From an uncultured Gemmatimonadaceae bacterium (lineage in GTDB: Bacteria; Gemmatimonadota; Gemmatimonadetes; Gemmatimonadales; GWC2-71-9): DNA of 64,000 nt. Each line of letters opens with the position of its first letter. Within the stretch, counting starts at the first letter, position 1. The position numbers and the translations under genes are program-made. Location of the stretch: contig CAYGBV010000061.1 of assembly GCA_964348295.1 (NCBI GenBank), positions 23,694 through 87,693 of the forward strand. The letters run 5' to 3'. This document shows, piece after piece, positions 45,914-55,896 of the stretch. The notes under the pieces are model-generated. The model was given only the letters and a program-made list of their open reading frames with translations. It was not told the origin of the DNA and made no database searches.

Positions 45914-47576
45914 GCTTGCGCCGCCGCAGTAGCTCGCCGGCGTGTCGCACGACCACGGGGTCGGCGGCGTCGCCCAGCATGCGCGCGATCTCCTGCACGC
46001 GGTCTTCGCCGGAGCGGACCTCCACGTCGGCCGTGGCAATCCCGCCCTTGGGTTGTTTCGCCACCGACAGGTGATGGCTCGCCCGCGCGGCGATCTGCGG
46101 CAGGTGCGTGATGACGAGCACCTGCCTTGCTTGGGCCACCTGGTCGAGTGCCTCCGCCACCTGCAGCGCGACCTCGCCGCCGATTCCCTGGTCTACCTCG
46201 TCGAACACGACCGTCGCTATGGCGTCGTGTCCCGCCAGCACCACCTTGAGGGCCAGCATGAGGCGCGACAGCTCGCCCCCGCTGGCCACCTGGGCTAGCG
46301 GCCGCGCGTCGAGCCCCGGGTTGAGCTGCACCATGAACTTGACCGCGTCCCCGCCTGACGCCGTGACGGCCGGCGCCGGCTCTACCGCCACGCTGAACTC
46401 GCCGTCGGGCATACCGAGGCCGGGCAGCAGCCGTGCGACCGCCTGGGCGAGCCGGCCGGCGGCCTGCTTGCGCTTGGCCGTGAGGGCCGCGGTCGCCTGC
46501 TCCAGCTCGCGCTCGGCCGCCGCGCGCCGCTCGCTCAGCTCTCGCAGGTCCAAGTCGGCCGTGTCGAGCAGGTCGAGCTCGCGCTTGGCCTCCGTGTGTG
46601 TCTGGAGAACCTCCTCGACGCTGGGCCCGTACTTCTGCGTGAGGCGGTACAGCACGTCGCGCCGCCGCTCGACCTCCGCCAGCCGATCGGGGTCGGCGTC
46701 GATGTCGGCGGCGTACTCCCGGATCTCCAGAGCTAGCTCCTCGACGTTGGCGTAGGCGGCGTCCACTAGCTCGCGCCAGCGAGCCACGCTCGAGTCGACG
46801 CGCTCGAGCTGCGCCAGCACCTTGGCGGCCGCCCCGAGGGCCTCCAGGGCCGCTCCCTCTCCCCCACTCTCCAGCAGCTGCACCAGGCGCTCGGCCAGGC
46901 GGGTGAGCTCCTCCACGTTGCCGAGTCGCCGCGCCTCGATGGCCAGCGCCTCGTCCTCTCCCGGACGCGGCTTGGCCGCGGCGATCTCCTGCACCACGTG
47001 CCGCAGGTAATCGGCACGCCGCTGCACGTCGTCGCGCCGCGCGATGAGCTGCGCCTCCTCGTCGCGCGACCGCGCCGCGCGCTCGAAGGCGACCCGCACC
47101 CGCTCCCGCTCCTCCCCGGCGTCGCCGAAGGAGTCCAGCATGTCCCGCTGCGCGGCTGGCTTGAGCAGGGACTGCGCTTCGTGCTGTCCGTGGAGGTCTA
47201 CCAGCATGCGGCCCAGCGTGGCGAGGGCCGACACCGTGGTGGGGCTGCCGTTGGCCCACGCCCGGTTGCGTCCCTCGGCATTGATCTCCCGGCGCACGAT
47301 GAGGCGGTCGTCCTCGGGCTCGACGCCGAGCTCGTCGGCCGCCGCGCCGAACCCTGGCAGGCCGCCGACCTCGAAGGCGGCTTCCACGACGGCGCGGGCC
47401 GCCCCCGGACGCACCAGATCCGCGCTCGCCCGCTCACCCAGCAGCAGCGAGAGTGCGTCGACCAGCATCGACTTCCCGGCGCCGGTCTCGCCGGTGAGCA
47501 CGTTCAGGCCTGGTTGGAGGGGAAGCGTGACGTCCGCGATGACCGCGAGGTCTCGAACCCTAAGCTCAGTCAACAC
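45897..47576 (-). CDS. recN: DNA repair protein RecN
   Basis: LNVLTGETGAGKSM Walker A, long coiled coil, and a C-terminal SGGELSRLMLAL signature. Confidence 0.93.
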   Translation of the reverse strand: MLTELRVRDLAVIADVTLPLQPGLNVLTGETGAGKSMLVDALSLLLGERASADLVRPGAARAVVEAAFEVGGLPGFGAAADELGVEPEDDRLIVRREINAEGRNRAWANGSPTTVSALATLGRMLVDLHGQHEAQSLLKPAAQRDMLDSFGDAGEERERVRVAFERAARSRDEEAQLIARRDDVQRRADYLRHVVQEIAAAKPRPGEDEALAIEARRLGNVEELTRLAERLVQLLESGGEGAALEALGAAAKVLAQLERVDSSVARWRELVDAAYANVEELALEIREYAADIDADPDRLAEVERRRDVLYRLTQKYGPSVEEVLQTHTEAKRELDLLDTADLDLRELSERRAAAERELEQATAALTAKRKQAAGRLAQAVARLLPGLGMPDGEFSVAVEPAPAVTASGGDAVKFMVQLNPGLDARPLAQVASGGELSRLMLALKVVLAGHDAIATVVFDEVDQGIGGEVALQVAEALDQVAQARQVLVITHLPQIAARASHHLSVAKQPKGGIATADVEVRSGEDRVQEIARMLGDAADPVVVRHAGELLRRRKLRVAK

Positions 47577-48450
47577 GGTTGAAGCGCTCGCGATCGCTCA
47601 AGTCTCCCCACTTTAATTTCTTGCGCAGCCGTGAGAAGAAGCTTTCGCGCCCGAGTCGTATCAATTGCACGGTAGTACCCGAGGGTCGCACCACCACACA
47701 GTCGTTGGCGTGGAGTGAGGTGCCCGGCTGCCCATCGTACGACACCAGGATGTTCTCGGCGCGGGTCGGCTCGATCTGCATGGTGACCTGGGAGGAGCCC
47801 GGCACCACCAGGGGCCGGACGGAGAGCGTGTGGGGGCAGATGGCGGTGACTACCAGGGCGTCCACCTCGGGCAGGAGCACGGGTCCGCCCGAGCTCAGGG
47901 TGTACGCAGTGGAACCCGCCGGCGTCGCCACAATCATCCCGTCTACCGTGTACTGGCCGACTTCGTCTCCGTCCACGAACAGTCGGATTCGGATGATCCG
48001 CGCGGAGCCCGCCTTGTGCACCACCACGTCGTTGACCGCGAGCTCCCCGGGGTGGCGCTCGCCCTCGGCATCCACGATATGGAACTCGAGCTTGCGCCGC
48101 GGCTCGATGCGGAAGTGCCCGTCGGCGACGGCGGTGAGGGCCTGCTCGAGGGCGTCCGCGGTCGCCGCCGTTAGGAAACCCACCCGTCCCACGTTCACGC
48201 CCAGGATGGGGACCTCACGGCGCTGCAACATGCGGGCGCCGCGCAGCAGCGTGCCGTCTCCGCCGAAGGTGAGCAGGAGATCGAGGTGGTCCGCCTCCAG
48301 GTCGAGCGCTGCCACGGGCTCGGGCCAGAGGTCGGTCAGCTCCGGGGCGCTGGCGAGCTCGATGCCACGGGCCGCGGCATGACTGGCGAGGCGGGCGAGG
48401 AGCCCGCCCAGATCGTCGTAGCGTGGGTTGCCGACGACGCCGATTCTCAT
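47566..48450 (-). CDS. nadK: NAD+ kinase
   Basis: GGDGTLLRGAR motif; 294 aa from ATG 48450, which overlaps the dxs stop (ATGA). The upstream extension is rejected. Confidence 0.9.
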   Translation of the reverse strand: MRIGVVGNPRYDDLGGLLARLASHAAARGIELASAPELTDLWPEPVAALDLEADHLDLLLTFGGDGTLLRGARMLQRREVPILGVNVGRVGFLTAATADALEQALTAVADGHFRIEPRRKLEFHIVDAEGERHPGELAVNDVVVHKAGSARIIRIRLFVDGDEVGQYTVDGMIVATPAGSTAYTLSSGGPVLLPEVDALVVTAICPHTLSVRPLVVPGSSQVTMQIEPTRAENILVSYDGQPGTSLHANDCVVVRPSGTTVQLIRLGRESFFSRLRKKLKWGDLSDRERFNRVD

Positions 48451-50354
48451 CGCGGCATCCGGCTCTCCTCCGCGGCACAGGCCCGGACCCGCTCGGCCAG
48501 CCCCGGACCCGTGAGGCCTACCCATCCGAGCTGCTCGCCGCGGGGGGCGTGCTCGTACGTGCGATCGGGAATGCCCACCACCTCCACGCGCACCTCTGGA
48601 TCGATCCGCTCGCAGGTCGCCGCCGCATAGGCGCCGAAGCCGTTCACATCGATGCCGTCCTCGACGGTCACCAGCAGCCGGTGGCTGCGCACCAGCGATT
48701 CCAGCATCGTGTGGTCGAGCGGCTTGATGAAGCGGCAGTTCACCACGGTCACGTCGAAGCCGTCGGCCGCCAACAGCTCCGCAGCTTCCATGGCTGGCTG
48801 ACACATGACGCCGACCGCGAGGATGGCGCACTCCTTCCCCTCGCGCAAGATCTCCCAGGTGCCGTGTGCGATGGGCGCCACCTCGGCCGCCGGCGGCGCC
48901 GGCGCCGGGGCGTTGTCACGCGGATAGCGCATGCAGAACGGACCGTCGTGCTCCATCGCACAGCGCAACAGCCCGATGAGCTCGGCGCCATCCTTCGGCG
49001 CGGTGACGGTCATGTTCGGCACCGTGAGCATGTAGGCGAGGTCGTACAGCCCCATGTGGGTCTGCCCGTCGGCGCCGACCATGCCCGCCCGATCCATACA
49101 GAACGTCACAGGCAGCTTCTGGATCGCCACGTCGTGGATGACGCTGTCGTACGCGCGCTGCAGGAACGAGCTGTAGATGGCCACGACGGGCCGGATCCCT
49201 TCGGTGGCTAGCCCCGCCGCGAACGTCGTGGCGTGCGCCTCGGCGATCCCGACGTCGAAGAATCGCTCCGGCCACTTGCGCTGGAAGATGTCGGTACCGG
49301 TGCCCGAGGGCATGGCCGCGGTGATCACGACCATCTTGGGATACTCGCCGGCCAGCTCGCTCAACCCCGTGCCGAACACCTTGGTCCAGCCCGGCGGCCC
49401 CGAGGCCTTGGGCCGGAGCATCCCGGTCTCGGGATCGTAGGGCGTGCGCGCGTGGAACTTCTCCGGGTGCGGCTCCCGCAGCGGGAAGCCCTTGCCCTTC
49501 TCCGTCACCACGTGCACGACGCGGGGGCCTTCCAGCGCCTTCACCAGCTCGAAGGTCTTGAGCAGCTGCTCCATGTTGTGGCCGTCGATGGGGCCGAAGT
49601 AGCGGAAGCCCATTTCCTCGAACAGCATCCCCGGGGACCACAGGTTCTTGATGCTCTCCTCGACGGTCCGGGCGAAGTCCACCATGCGGTCGCCGCCCAC
49701 CAGGTGGGACGCCTTCTCGATGAGGTGCTTGACGTGCCCGCGCATGCGGTTGGTGAATGGGCTCGCGATGATGCCGCCGAGATACTTGCTGATGGCGCCG
49801 ACGTTCGGAGCGATGGACATGCCATTGTCGTTCAGCACCATGATGATGTCCCGATCCGAATGGCCAGCGTTGTTCATCGCCTCGTAGGGGAGGCCGCAGG
49901 TCATCGCGCCGTCGCCCACGACCGCCACCACGTGGTAGTCGTCGCCCTGGATGTCCCGCGCGGTCGCGACGCCGTACGCGGCCGACAGCGCCGTGCCGGC
50001 GTGCCCGGCCCCGAAGATGTCGTGTTCGCTCTCGACGCGACGCAGGAAGCCGGAGAGGCCGCCGCTCTGGCGCAGGGTGGGAAGCCGGTCGTTGCGGCCC
50101 GTGAGGACCTTCCAGGGATAGCCCTGGTGCCCCACATCCCACAGGATCTTGTCACGCGGGGAATCGAACAGATGCGCGAGGGCGACAGTCAGCTCCACGA
50201 CGCCGAGACCGGCGCCGATATGCCCACCGGTCTGCGACACCACGTCGATGAGACGCCGGCGCACCTCGTCGGCGAGTTGCTGTAGCTCGTCACGCTTGAG
50301 GTTCTTGACGTCGTGCGGACTCGATATGGATTCCAACAGAGACATACTGCTCAC
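48447..50354 (-). CDS. dxs: 1-deoxy-D-xylulose-5-phosphate synthase
   Basis: GHQGYPWKVLTGR and the ThDP motif GDGAMTCG...NDN; 635 aa. Confidence 0.95.
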   Translation of the reverse strand: MSSMSLLESISSPHDVKNLKRDELQQLADEVRRRLIDVVSQTGGHIGAGLGVVELTVALAHLFDSPRDKILWDVGHQGYPWKVLTGRNDRLPTLRQSGGLSGFLRRVESEHDIFGAGHAGTALSAAYGVATARDIQGDDYHVVAVVGDGAMTCGLPYEAMNNAGHSDRDIIMVLNDNGMSIAPNVGAISKYLGGIIASPFTNRMRGHVKHLIEKASHLVGGDRMVDFARTVEESIKNLWSPGMLFEEMGFRYFGPIDGHNMEQLLKTFELVKALEGPRVVHVVTEKGKGFPLREPHPEKFHARTPYDPETGMLRPKASGPPGWTKVFGTGLSELAGEYPKMVVITAAMPSGTGTDIFQRKWPERFFDVGIAEAHATTFAAGLATEGIRPVVAIYSSFLQRAYDSVIHDVAIQKLPVTFCMDRAGMVGADGQTHMGLYDLAYMLTVPNMTVTAPKDGAELIGLLRCAMEHDGPFCMRYPRDNAPAPAPPAAEVAPIAHGTWEILREGKECAILAVGVMCQPAMEAAELLAADGFDVTVVNCRFIKPLDHTMLESLVRSHRLLVTVEDGIDVNGFGAYAAATCERIDPEVRVEVVGIPDRTYEHAPRGEQLGWVGLTGPGLAERVRACAAEESRMPR

Positions 50355-50366
50355 CAGCTTGTCGAA

Positions 50367-50444
50367 CGTTTCCCGCTTCCCGCTTCTCGCTTCCCGAACC
50401 CGTCGTACCGTTCCCCGTTCCCGGTTCCCGGCTCCCCTTCTCGC
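50367..50444 (-). repeat. GGGAAnC heptamer-rich element, intergenic copy (ispA-dxs spacer)
   Basis: The minus strand reads GCGAGAAGGGGAGCCGGGAACCGGGAACGGGGAACGGTACGACGGGTTCGGGAAGCGAGAAGCGGGAAGCGGGAAACG. Collinear with 61180..61254. Confidence 0.75.
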
Positions 50445-51371
50445 TCACGTCCTTCGCTCTACAATCAGCCGCGCCAGGCCCGGCAGAAGGCTGCAATCTA
50501 TCCCGAGCCCCCCGAGCAGGTCTATGGCCCGCTGCACGTGCTCGGCAGCGGCGTGCCGCGCCGCGTCCACGCCGAGCACGCCGGCGAAGGTCGCCTTGTG
50601 CTGCACGGCGTCCTTGCCGGCGGTCTTTCCCAGCTCGTTGGAGGTTCCCGTCGCATCCAGCACGTCGTCCACGATCTGAAACGCCAGCCCGACCTCCCTC
50701 CCATAGCCACGCAGGGCCTCCACCTGCTGCTTGCCCGCTCCGGCGGCGAGTCCCCCAATCACGACACTTGCCGTGATCAGCGCTCCGGTCTTCGCCTCGT
50801 GGATATGCGTCAGGGCCGCGAGGTCGAGCGCCCTACCCTCGGCCTCCAGGTCGAGGACCTGTCCCCCGATCATCCCGCCGGCACCGGCCGCGCCGTAGAG
50901 CTCCGCGGCGATGACGCCGAGCCGCTCGCCAGCGAGCCCCAGCTTCGCGGCTCCGGCCGCCAGCACGCGCGCGGAGAGCGACACCAGCCGGAAGCCTGCC
51001 TCGGTGGCCGTAGCCACGTCGAAGGCACGGTGCGTGGTGGGGCGCCCGCGCCGCAGGTCATCGTCGTCCATGCAAGGGAGATCGTCGTGTACCAGCGAGT
51101 AGGTGTGCACGATTTCGACGGCCGCCGCCAGCTCTGCCGCGTCGCCTTTGCCCCCGAGCTCCCGGTACGCCGCCAGCACCAGCGCCGGACGCAGCCGCTT
51201 GCCCGGGGCGTCGAGGCTGTATGCCACGGCCTGGCCCACGCGGCCGCCGATCTCCCCCTCGATCCCCGCGCCCCAGCCCTGGAGCTCCCGCCCCACCGCA
51301 TCCCGCGTCTCTGCGAGAAACGCCTGCAGCTCAACGCTCGAGGTCGCCGGTTCGAATCGTTCCGTCCGCAT
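50445..51371 (-). CDS. ispA: polyprenyl (farnesyl/geranylgeranyl) diphosphate synthase
   Basis: LVHDDLPCMDDDDLRRG (first DDxxD) and FQIVDDVLD (second). xseB-ispA-dxs synteny. Confidence 0.9.
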   Translation of the reverse strand: MRTERFEPATSSVELQAFLAETRDAVGRELQGWGAGIEGEIGGRVGQAVAYSLDAPGKRLRPALVLAAYRELGGKGDAAELAAAVEIVHTYSLVHDDLPCMDDDDLRRGRPTTHRAFDVATATEAGFRLVSLSARVLAAGAAKLGLAGERLGVIAAELYGAAGAGGMIGGQVLDLEAEGRALDLAALTHIHEAKTGALITASVVIGGLAAGAGKQQVEALRGYGREVGLAFQIVDDVLDATGTSNELGKTAGKDAVQHKATFAGVLGVDAARHAAAEHVQRAIDLLGGLGIDCSLLPGLARLIVERRT

Positions 51372-51558
51372 CCTCCAACACGCGCTTGACCGTGAGCTCA
51401 GATTCCTTGAGCAGGTCCCGTGCCGTCTTCAACCGCCGCACGCCTTCCTCGAACAGCTCGAGCGCCTGGTCTAGATCGACCTCCGAGTCCTCCAGCTGCC
51501 GCACGATCGCCTCCAGCCGCTCCAGCTCGACCCGAAACGACGGCTTCTCGTTCGTCAT
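51331..51558 (-). CDS. xseB: exodeoxyribonuclease VII small subunit
   Basis: 75 aa; FRVELERLEAIVRQLEDSEVDLDQALELFEEGVRRLK. Confidence 0.9.
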   Translation of the reverse strand: MTNEKPSFRVELERLEAIVRQLEDSEVDLDQALELFEEGVRRLKTARDLLKESELTVKRVLEDADGTIRTGDLER

Positions 51559-52724
51559 GCGTCGTCCTCCAGGGTGCGGGCCCGAACCTCCCCGTCGGCC
51601 AGGCCCAGCCGGAAGGGGAGCCCCGGTGAGAACTCCGCCGCCCGCTTGAGCACCCGGCCGGCCTCATCGCGGGCCACCGCGTAGCCCCGCTCCAGCACCT
51701 TGAGGGGGCTCAACGCATCGAGCTTCGCGGCCAGTTGCTCGAGGCGATGGTGGCGGAACTGCAGCTGTCGCTGCACCCCCGCGCCCAGCCGGTCGGCGGT
51801 GCGCTCCAGGCGCTCCTTCCCCAACTCAGCCTGGCTGCTGAGCCCCCTTGCCAGCCGCCGGGCGAGTGCGTCGATCGCCTGCACGGCGGCTAACCGGTCC
51901 GGCACCGCAGCCTCGGCTGCGGCCGACGGCGTGGGAGCGCGCACGTCCGCCACCACATCGGTGAGGGCGACATCGGTCTCGTGACCCACAGCCGAGATGG
52001 TGGGCGCCCGCACCGCCGCCACCGCGCGAGCCACCTGCTCGCTGTTGAACGTCCACAGGTCCTCGCGCGAGCCGCCCCCCCGACCGACGATGGCGAGGTC
52101 CACGTCGGGCAGCCGGTCTACCATTGCGAGCGCGGTGCAAAGCTCCCCCTCGGCGCCTTCTCCCTGCACCCGCGTCGGCACGACCCACAGCTCCACGCTG
52201 GGCCAGCGCCGCTCCACGACGGTGATGATGTCCCTGAGCGCGGCGCCGTCTGTGGAGGTCACCACGGCAATCCGCTGCGGATAGCGAGGAAGGGGACGCT
52301 TACGGGCAGGGTCGAGCAACCCATCGCGCTCCAGCGCGGCCCTGGCCCGCTCCAGTTGGAGCTGCCACAGGCCTCCCTCGGCTGTGGGGATGAGCTGCTT
52401 GACCGTGAGGCGGAACTCGCCACGCTCCTCCCACACGGTGGGACGCGCGTGGACGAAGACCTCCATCCCGTCTTCGGGGGACGTCGGAAGGCGCTCGTTG
52501 TCGCTGCGCCACATCACGCACCGCACCTGCGCCTGGGCATCGCGCAGGGTGAAGTACCAGTGGCCGCTGCGATAGGTCTTGAAGCTCGTGACCTCGCCCC
52601 GCACCCAGAGACGGTCGAACCCGGCCTCGATCAGCTGGCGGGCGCGGCGCGTGACGTCGGCCACACTCCACGCCCCCTCGGCAGACGCTGGTGGAGTCGC
52701 GCTGAAGAGGTCTAGTCCGCCCAC
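51555..52724 (-). CDS. xseA: exodeoxyribonuclease VII large subunit
   Basis: OB-fold block VRGEVTSFKTYRSGHWYFTLRD. The GTG at 52724 is the likely start (389 aa). The longer ORF overlaps folD and is rejected. Confidence 0.88.
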   Translation of the reverse strand: MGGLDLFSATPPASAEGAWSVADVTRRARQLIEAGFDRLWVRGEVTSFKTYRSGHWYFTLRDAQAQVRCVMWRSDNERLPTSPEDGMEVFVHARPTVWEERGEFRLTVKQLIPTAEGGLWQLQLERARAALERDGLLDPARKRPLPRYPQRIAVVTSTDGAALRDIITVVERRWPSVELWVVPTRVQGEGAEGELCTALAMVDRLPDVDLAIVGRGGGSREDLWTFNSEQVARAVAAVRAPTISAVGHETDVALTDVVADVRAPTPSAAAEAAVPDRLAAVQAIDALARRLARGLSSQAELGKERLERTADRLGAGVQRQLQFRHHRLEQLAAKLDALSPLKVLERGYAVARDEAGRVLKRAAEFSPGLPFRLGLADGEVRARTLEDDA

Positions 52725-53596
52725 TGGCGCGCGGCCTGGACGGTGTTGTAGAGCAACATCGTAATCGTCATCGGCCCCACACCGCCCGGCACGGGCGTGA
52801 TCTGCGAGGCCACCTGCCTCGCCGCCTCGAAGTCCACGTCGCCCACGAGCCGGTACCCCTTCTCCGTGCTGGGATCGTCGACCCGGTTCACGCCCACATC
52901 GATCACCACGGCCCCGGGACGCACCCAATCGCCCTTCACGAACTCCGGCACGCCGATGGCCGCGATGAGGATGTCGGCCTGCCGAGCGATCTCGGGAAGG
53001 TCCTTGGTGCGCGAGTGGCACATGGTGACGGTGGCGTTGCCCCCCTCACCCTTCTGCGACAAGATCGACGCGGCTGGCCGACCCACAATGTTGGAGCGGC
53101 CGACGATCACCACGTGGGCTCCGGAGACCTCGGCGCCGCAGCGAATCAGCATTTGCTGCACGCCGTAGGGCGTGGCCGGGCGGAAGCCGGTGGGGTCCCC
53201 AATCGCCACCTTGCCGATGTTCACCGGGTGAAATCCGTCGACGTCCTTGTCCGGACGGATGCTGAACAGCACGCGCTTCTCGTTGATCTGGTCGGGCAGC
53301 GGCAACTGCACGAGGATGCCGTGCACCTTGGGATCGTTATTGAGGCGCTCCACGATGCCGAGCACCTCCGTTTCCGGAGTGTCCGCGGGCAGCTTGGTGG
53401 TCTCACTCTCCATGCCGGCCTTCTCGCACGCCTTTCCCTTCATGCGGACGTAGACCTGGCTGGCCGGGTCCTCCCCTACCAGCACCACGGAGAGACCGGG
53501 GGTCACCCCCTTGCGCTTCAGTTCCTCAATCTGCGGCGCCAATTCGGCGCGCATCTCCTCGGCTATCGCTTTTCCATCGATGATCTTAGCGGGCAA
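52712..53596 (-). CDS. folD: bifunctional methylenetetrahydrofolate dehydrogenase/cyclohydrolase
   Basis: MPAKIIDGKAIAEEMR..., VQLPLP, VVIVGRSNIVGRP. Confidence 0.95.
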   Translation of the reverse strand: MPAKIIDGKAIAEEMRAELAPQIEELKRKGVTPGLSVVLVGEDPASQVYVRMKGKACEKAGMESETTKLPADTPETEVLGIVERLNNDPKVHGILVQLPLPDQINEKRVLFSIRPDKDVDGFHPVNIGKVAIGDPTGFRPATPYGVQQMLIRCGAEVSGAHVVIVGRSNIVGRPAASILSQKGEGGNATVTMCHSRTKDLPEIARQADILIAAIGVPEFVKGDWVRPGAVVIDVGVNRVDDPSTEKGYRLVGDVDFEAARQVASQITPVPGGVGPMTITMLLYNTVQAARQWAD

Positions 53597-55166
53597 AGTC
53601 CACAGCCCTCGTTTCTCTGATGACCACGATCTTGATCTGTCCCGGGTACTGCAGCTCCTGCTCGATGCGCCGCGCGATCTGCTCGGACAGCTCCACCGCC
53701 GTATCGTCAGTCACCTGGTCCGGCAGCACGGCGATGCGGATCTCCCGCCCCGCCTGAATCGCGAACGCCTTCTCCACACCCTTGAAGCTGGTGGCAATGT
53801 CCTCCAAGGCGCTCAGCCGCTTGACGTAGGTCTCGAAGGCCTCACGCCGAGCGCCGGGTCGGGCGCCGCTCGCCGCGTCGGCGGCCTGCACGATCATCGA
53901 GATGGTCGTCTCATGCGGCACGTCGTCGTGGTGCGCCGCGATGGCGTTGACCACCACCGAGTGTTCGTTATACCGCTTCGCTACCTCCACCCCCAGCTCC
54001 ACGTGCGTCCCCTCGTGCTGGTGGGTGAGCACCTTGCCAATATCGTGCAGCAGCGCCGCCCGCTTGGCGAGGTGGACGTCGAGCTTCAGCTCCTCGGCGA
54101 TGATGCCGGCGAGCCACGCCACCTCCTTCGAGTGGGCCAGCATGTTCTGCCCGTACGACGTGCGGTACTTCATGCGCCCCACGAGCTTCACGAGCTCCTC
54201 GTGCATCCCGCGGATGCCGAGCTCGTAGACCGTCTCCTCACCAGTCTCCACGAGCTGGCGCTCCAGCTCGGTGCGCACCCGCTCCACCACCTCTTCGATC
54301 CGCCCCGGATGGATGCGGCCGTCGGCGATGAGCTGCTCCATGGCCCGACGGGCCACCTCCCGCCGGATCGGGTCGAAGCAGGATACCACCACGGTGTCGG
54401 GCGTGTCGTCGATGATCACGTCCACGCCGGTGGCGGTCTCGAACGCACGGATGTTGCGCCCCTCGCGCCCGATGATCCGACCCTTCATCTCGTCGCTAGG
54501 TAGGGAGACTGCGGAGACCGTCGTCTCCGTCGCCTGGTCGGCGGCGAGCCGCTGCATCGCCATGGAGATGATCTTCTGCGCCTCGCGGTCCGCGGTGCGC
54601 TTCGCTTCTTCCCTGATGTCGCGGATCGAGGCCGCCGCCTCGCTCTTGGCCGTGCCGAGCATCTCCTGCTTCAGTGCTTCCTTAGCCTCGGGAGCGGAGA
54701 TGCCGGACACCTGCTCGAGGCGCTGCCGGTGCTCCGCCATGAGGTTCTCCAGCTCCTCCTCCTTAGCGTGCACCGCCTTCTTGCGATCGCTCACCGACTG
54801 CTCGCGGCGCTGCAGCTCCTGCTCGCGGTCGTCCATCGCGTTGAGCTTGCGGTCGATCAGCGTCTCGCGCTCCTCCAGGCGCTGCTCATGCCGGTCGAGA
54901 TCCTCCCGCCGCCGCCGCTCATCCTTCTCCCACTCCTCGCGCAGGCCCATGATCTCTTCCTTGGCCTGCAGCAGCGCCTCGTGCTTCCCAGACTCGGCCT
55001 CACGGCGCGCCTGGGACAGGATCTGCTCAGCCTGCTGCTCCGCGGCGCGGCCCCGCCGCACCGCCTCCCGCCGCTCGGCCCGGAGCCCGAGCACGAAAAA
55101 GACCGCCCCGCCGAGAACTGCTCCAACGAGGACGGCCACGATCGTGACGAGCTGATCGGCTGTCAT
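53586..55166 (-). CDS. rny: ribonuclease Y
   Basis: N-terminal TM, coiled coil, KH (GRIIGREGRNIRAFE) and HD (LLHDIGK) domains. Confidence 0.93.
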   Translation of the reverse strand: MTADQLVTIVAVLVGAVLGGAVFFVLGLRAERREAVRRGRAAEQQAEQILSQARREAESGKHEALLQAKEEIMGLREEWEKDERRRREDLDRHEQRLEERETLIDRKLNAMDDREQELQRREQSVSDRKKAVHAKEEELENLMAEHRQRLEQVSGISAPEAKEALKQEMLGTAKSEAAASIRDIREEAKRTADREAQKIISMAMQRLAADQATETTVSAVSLPSDEMKGRIIGREGRNIRAFETATGVDVIIDDTPDTVVVSCFDPIRREVARRAMEQLIADGRIHPGRIEEVVERVRTELERQLVETGEETVYELGIRGMHEELVKLVGRMKYRTSYGQNMLAHSKEVAWLAGIIAEELKLDVHLAKRAALLHDIGKVLTHQHEGTHVELGVEVAKRYNEHSVVVNAIAAHHDDVPHETTISMIVQAADAASGARPGARREAFETYVKRLSALEDIATSFKGVEKAFAIQAGREIRIAVLPDQVTDDTAVELSEQIARRIEQELQYPGQIKIVVIRETRAVDFAR

Positions 55167-55237
55167 ATGTATGACCCCAGCGGCGGCCGTCGCTCGTGGC
55201 GTCGGCGCTCCGCACTACTCGGAAGTTGGGAGGTACA

Positions 55238-55259
55238 GACGTCACTAACCCGTGACGTC
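55238..55259 (-). terminator. hairpin between zapA and rny
   Basis: GACGTCAC-N6-GTGACGTC, 9 nt after the zapA stop. No clear U-tract, so it may be a processing or stability element. Confidence 0.3.
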
Positions 55260-55267
55260 CAGTGAAT

Positions 55268-55603
55268 TTACCCGCCGTCCTGCGAGGAGGCAAACGAGCC
55301 CGGGGCCCGGCCCCGCCGCTTGGCGGGTGGGAGCAGGCGCGACAACTCAGCCGTCATGGCCCGCAGCCGCTCGGCCAGCTCCGCCTGCGAGCGCTTCGCC
55401 TGAAACAGCTCGTCCGTGATCGCCAGTGCTGCGAGGATCGCCGCCTTGTGGCTCTCCACGATGGAGCCGACCTGGAGCACCTCCTTCAGGGCCCGGTCCA
55501 CGTGCTCTGCGACCGCGCGGGTGTACTCGGCGGGGCGATCGGACTTGAGCGTATACTCGTCGTTGCCAATGGCGACCGTGACGACAGTCTTCTTGTCGGT
55601 CAT
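55268..55603 (-). CDS. zapA: cell division protein ZapA
   Basis: 111 aa; VTVAIGNDEYTLKSDRPAEYTRAVAEHVDRALKEV is a typical ZapA pattern. Confidence 0.8.
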   Translation of the reverse strand: MTDKKTVVTVAIGNDEYTLKSDRPAEYTRAVAEHVDRALKEVLQVGSIVESHKAAILAALAITDELFQAKRSQAELAERLRAMTAELSRLLPPAKRRGRAPGSFASSQDGG

Positions 55604-55896
55604 CGGCTCTGCTCCTCCAGGGAGACCTGCTCCTCCAGGAACCGCAGGCGGCCGACCAGGCTGGTCACCCTCTGGCGGGCGGCGTCGAGGCGGGAGACGA
55701 GCGCGGCGTTCTCGGTCTCGAGCTCGAGAATGCGCTCGCGGGTCGCCACAGCATCGTAGTCGGCGCCCATCTGCTCCCGCTCACCCTCTGCCTTGAGGGC
55801 GCGGCGGCGCCACGAGGACAGCTCCCCTGTCAGCTCGTCGAGCACCCGCTTCAGCTCTTCGAGCGCCTCGAGCTCAGGCCTCTCGTCGTTCGACAC
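55600..55896 (-). CDS. coiled-coil hypothetical protein (ZapB-like position)
   Basis: 98 aa, entirely heptad/charged. 4-nt overlap with zapA and 23-nt overlap with the pheT end. Confidence 0.6.
   Translation of the reverse strand: MSNDERPELEALEELKRVLDELTGELSSWRRRALKAEGEREQMGADYDAVATRERILELETENAALVSRLDAARQRVTSLVGRLRFLEEQVSLEEQSR

Noticed and set aside
45886-47259. 457-aa alternative-frame ORF within recN
   Set aside because: It is on the same strand as recN but out of frame, consists of Arg/Gly/Ala runs, and recN motifs fully account for the region.
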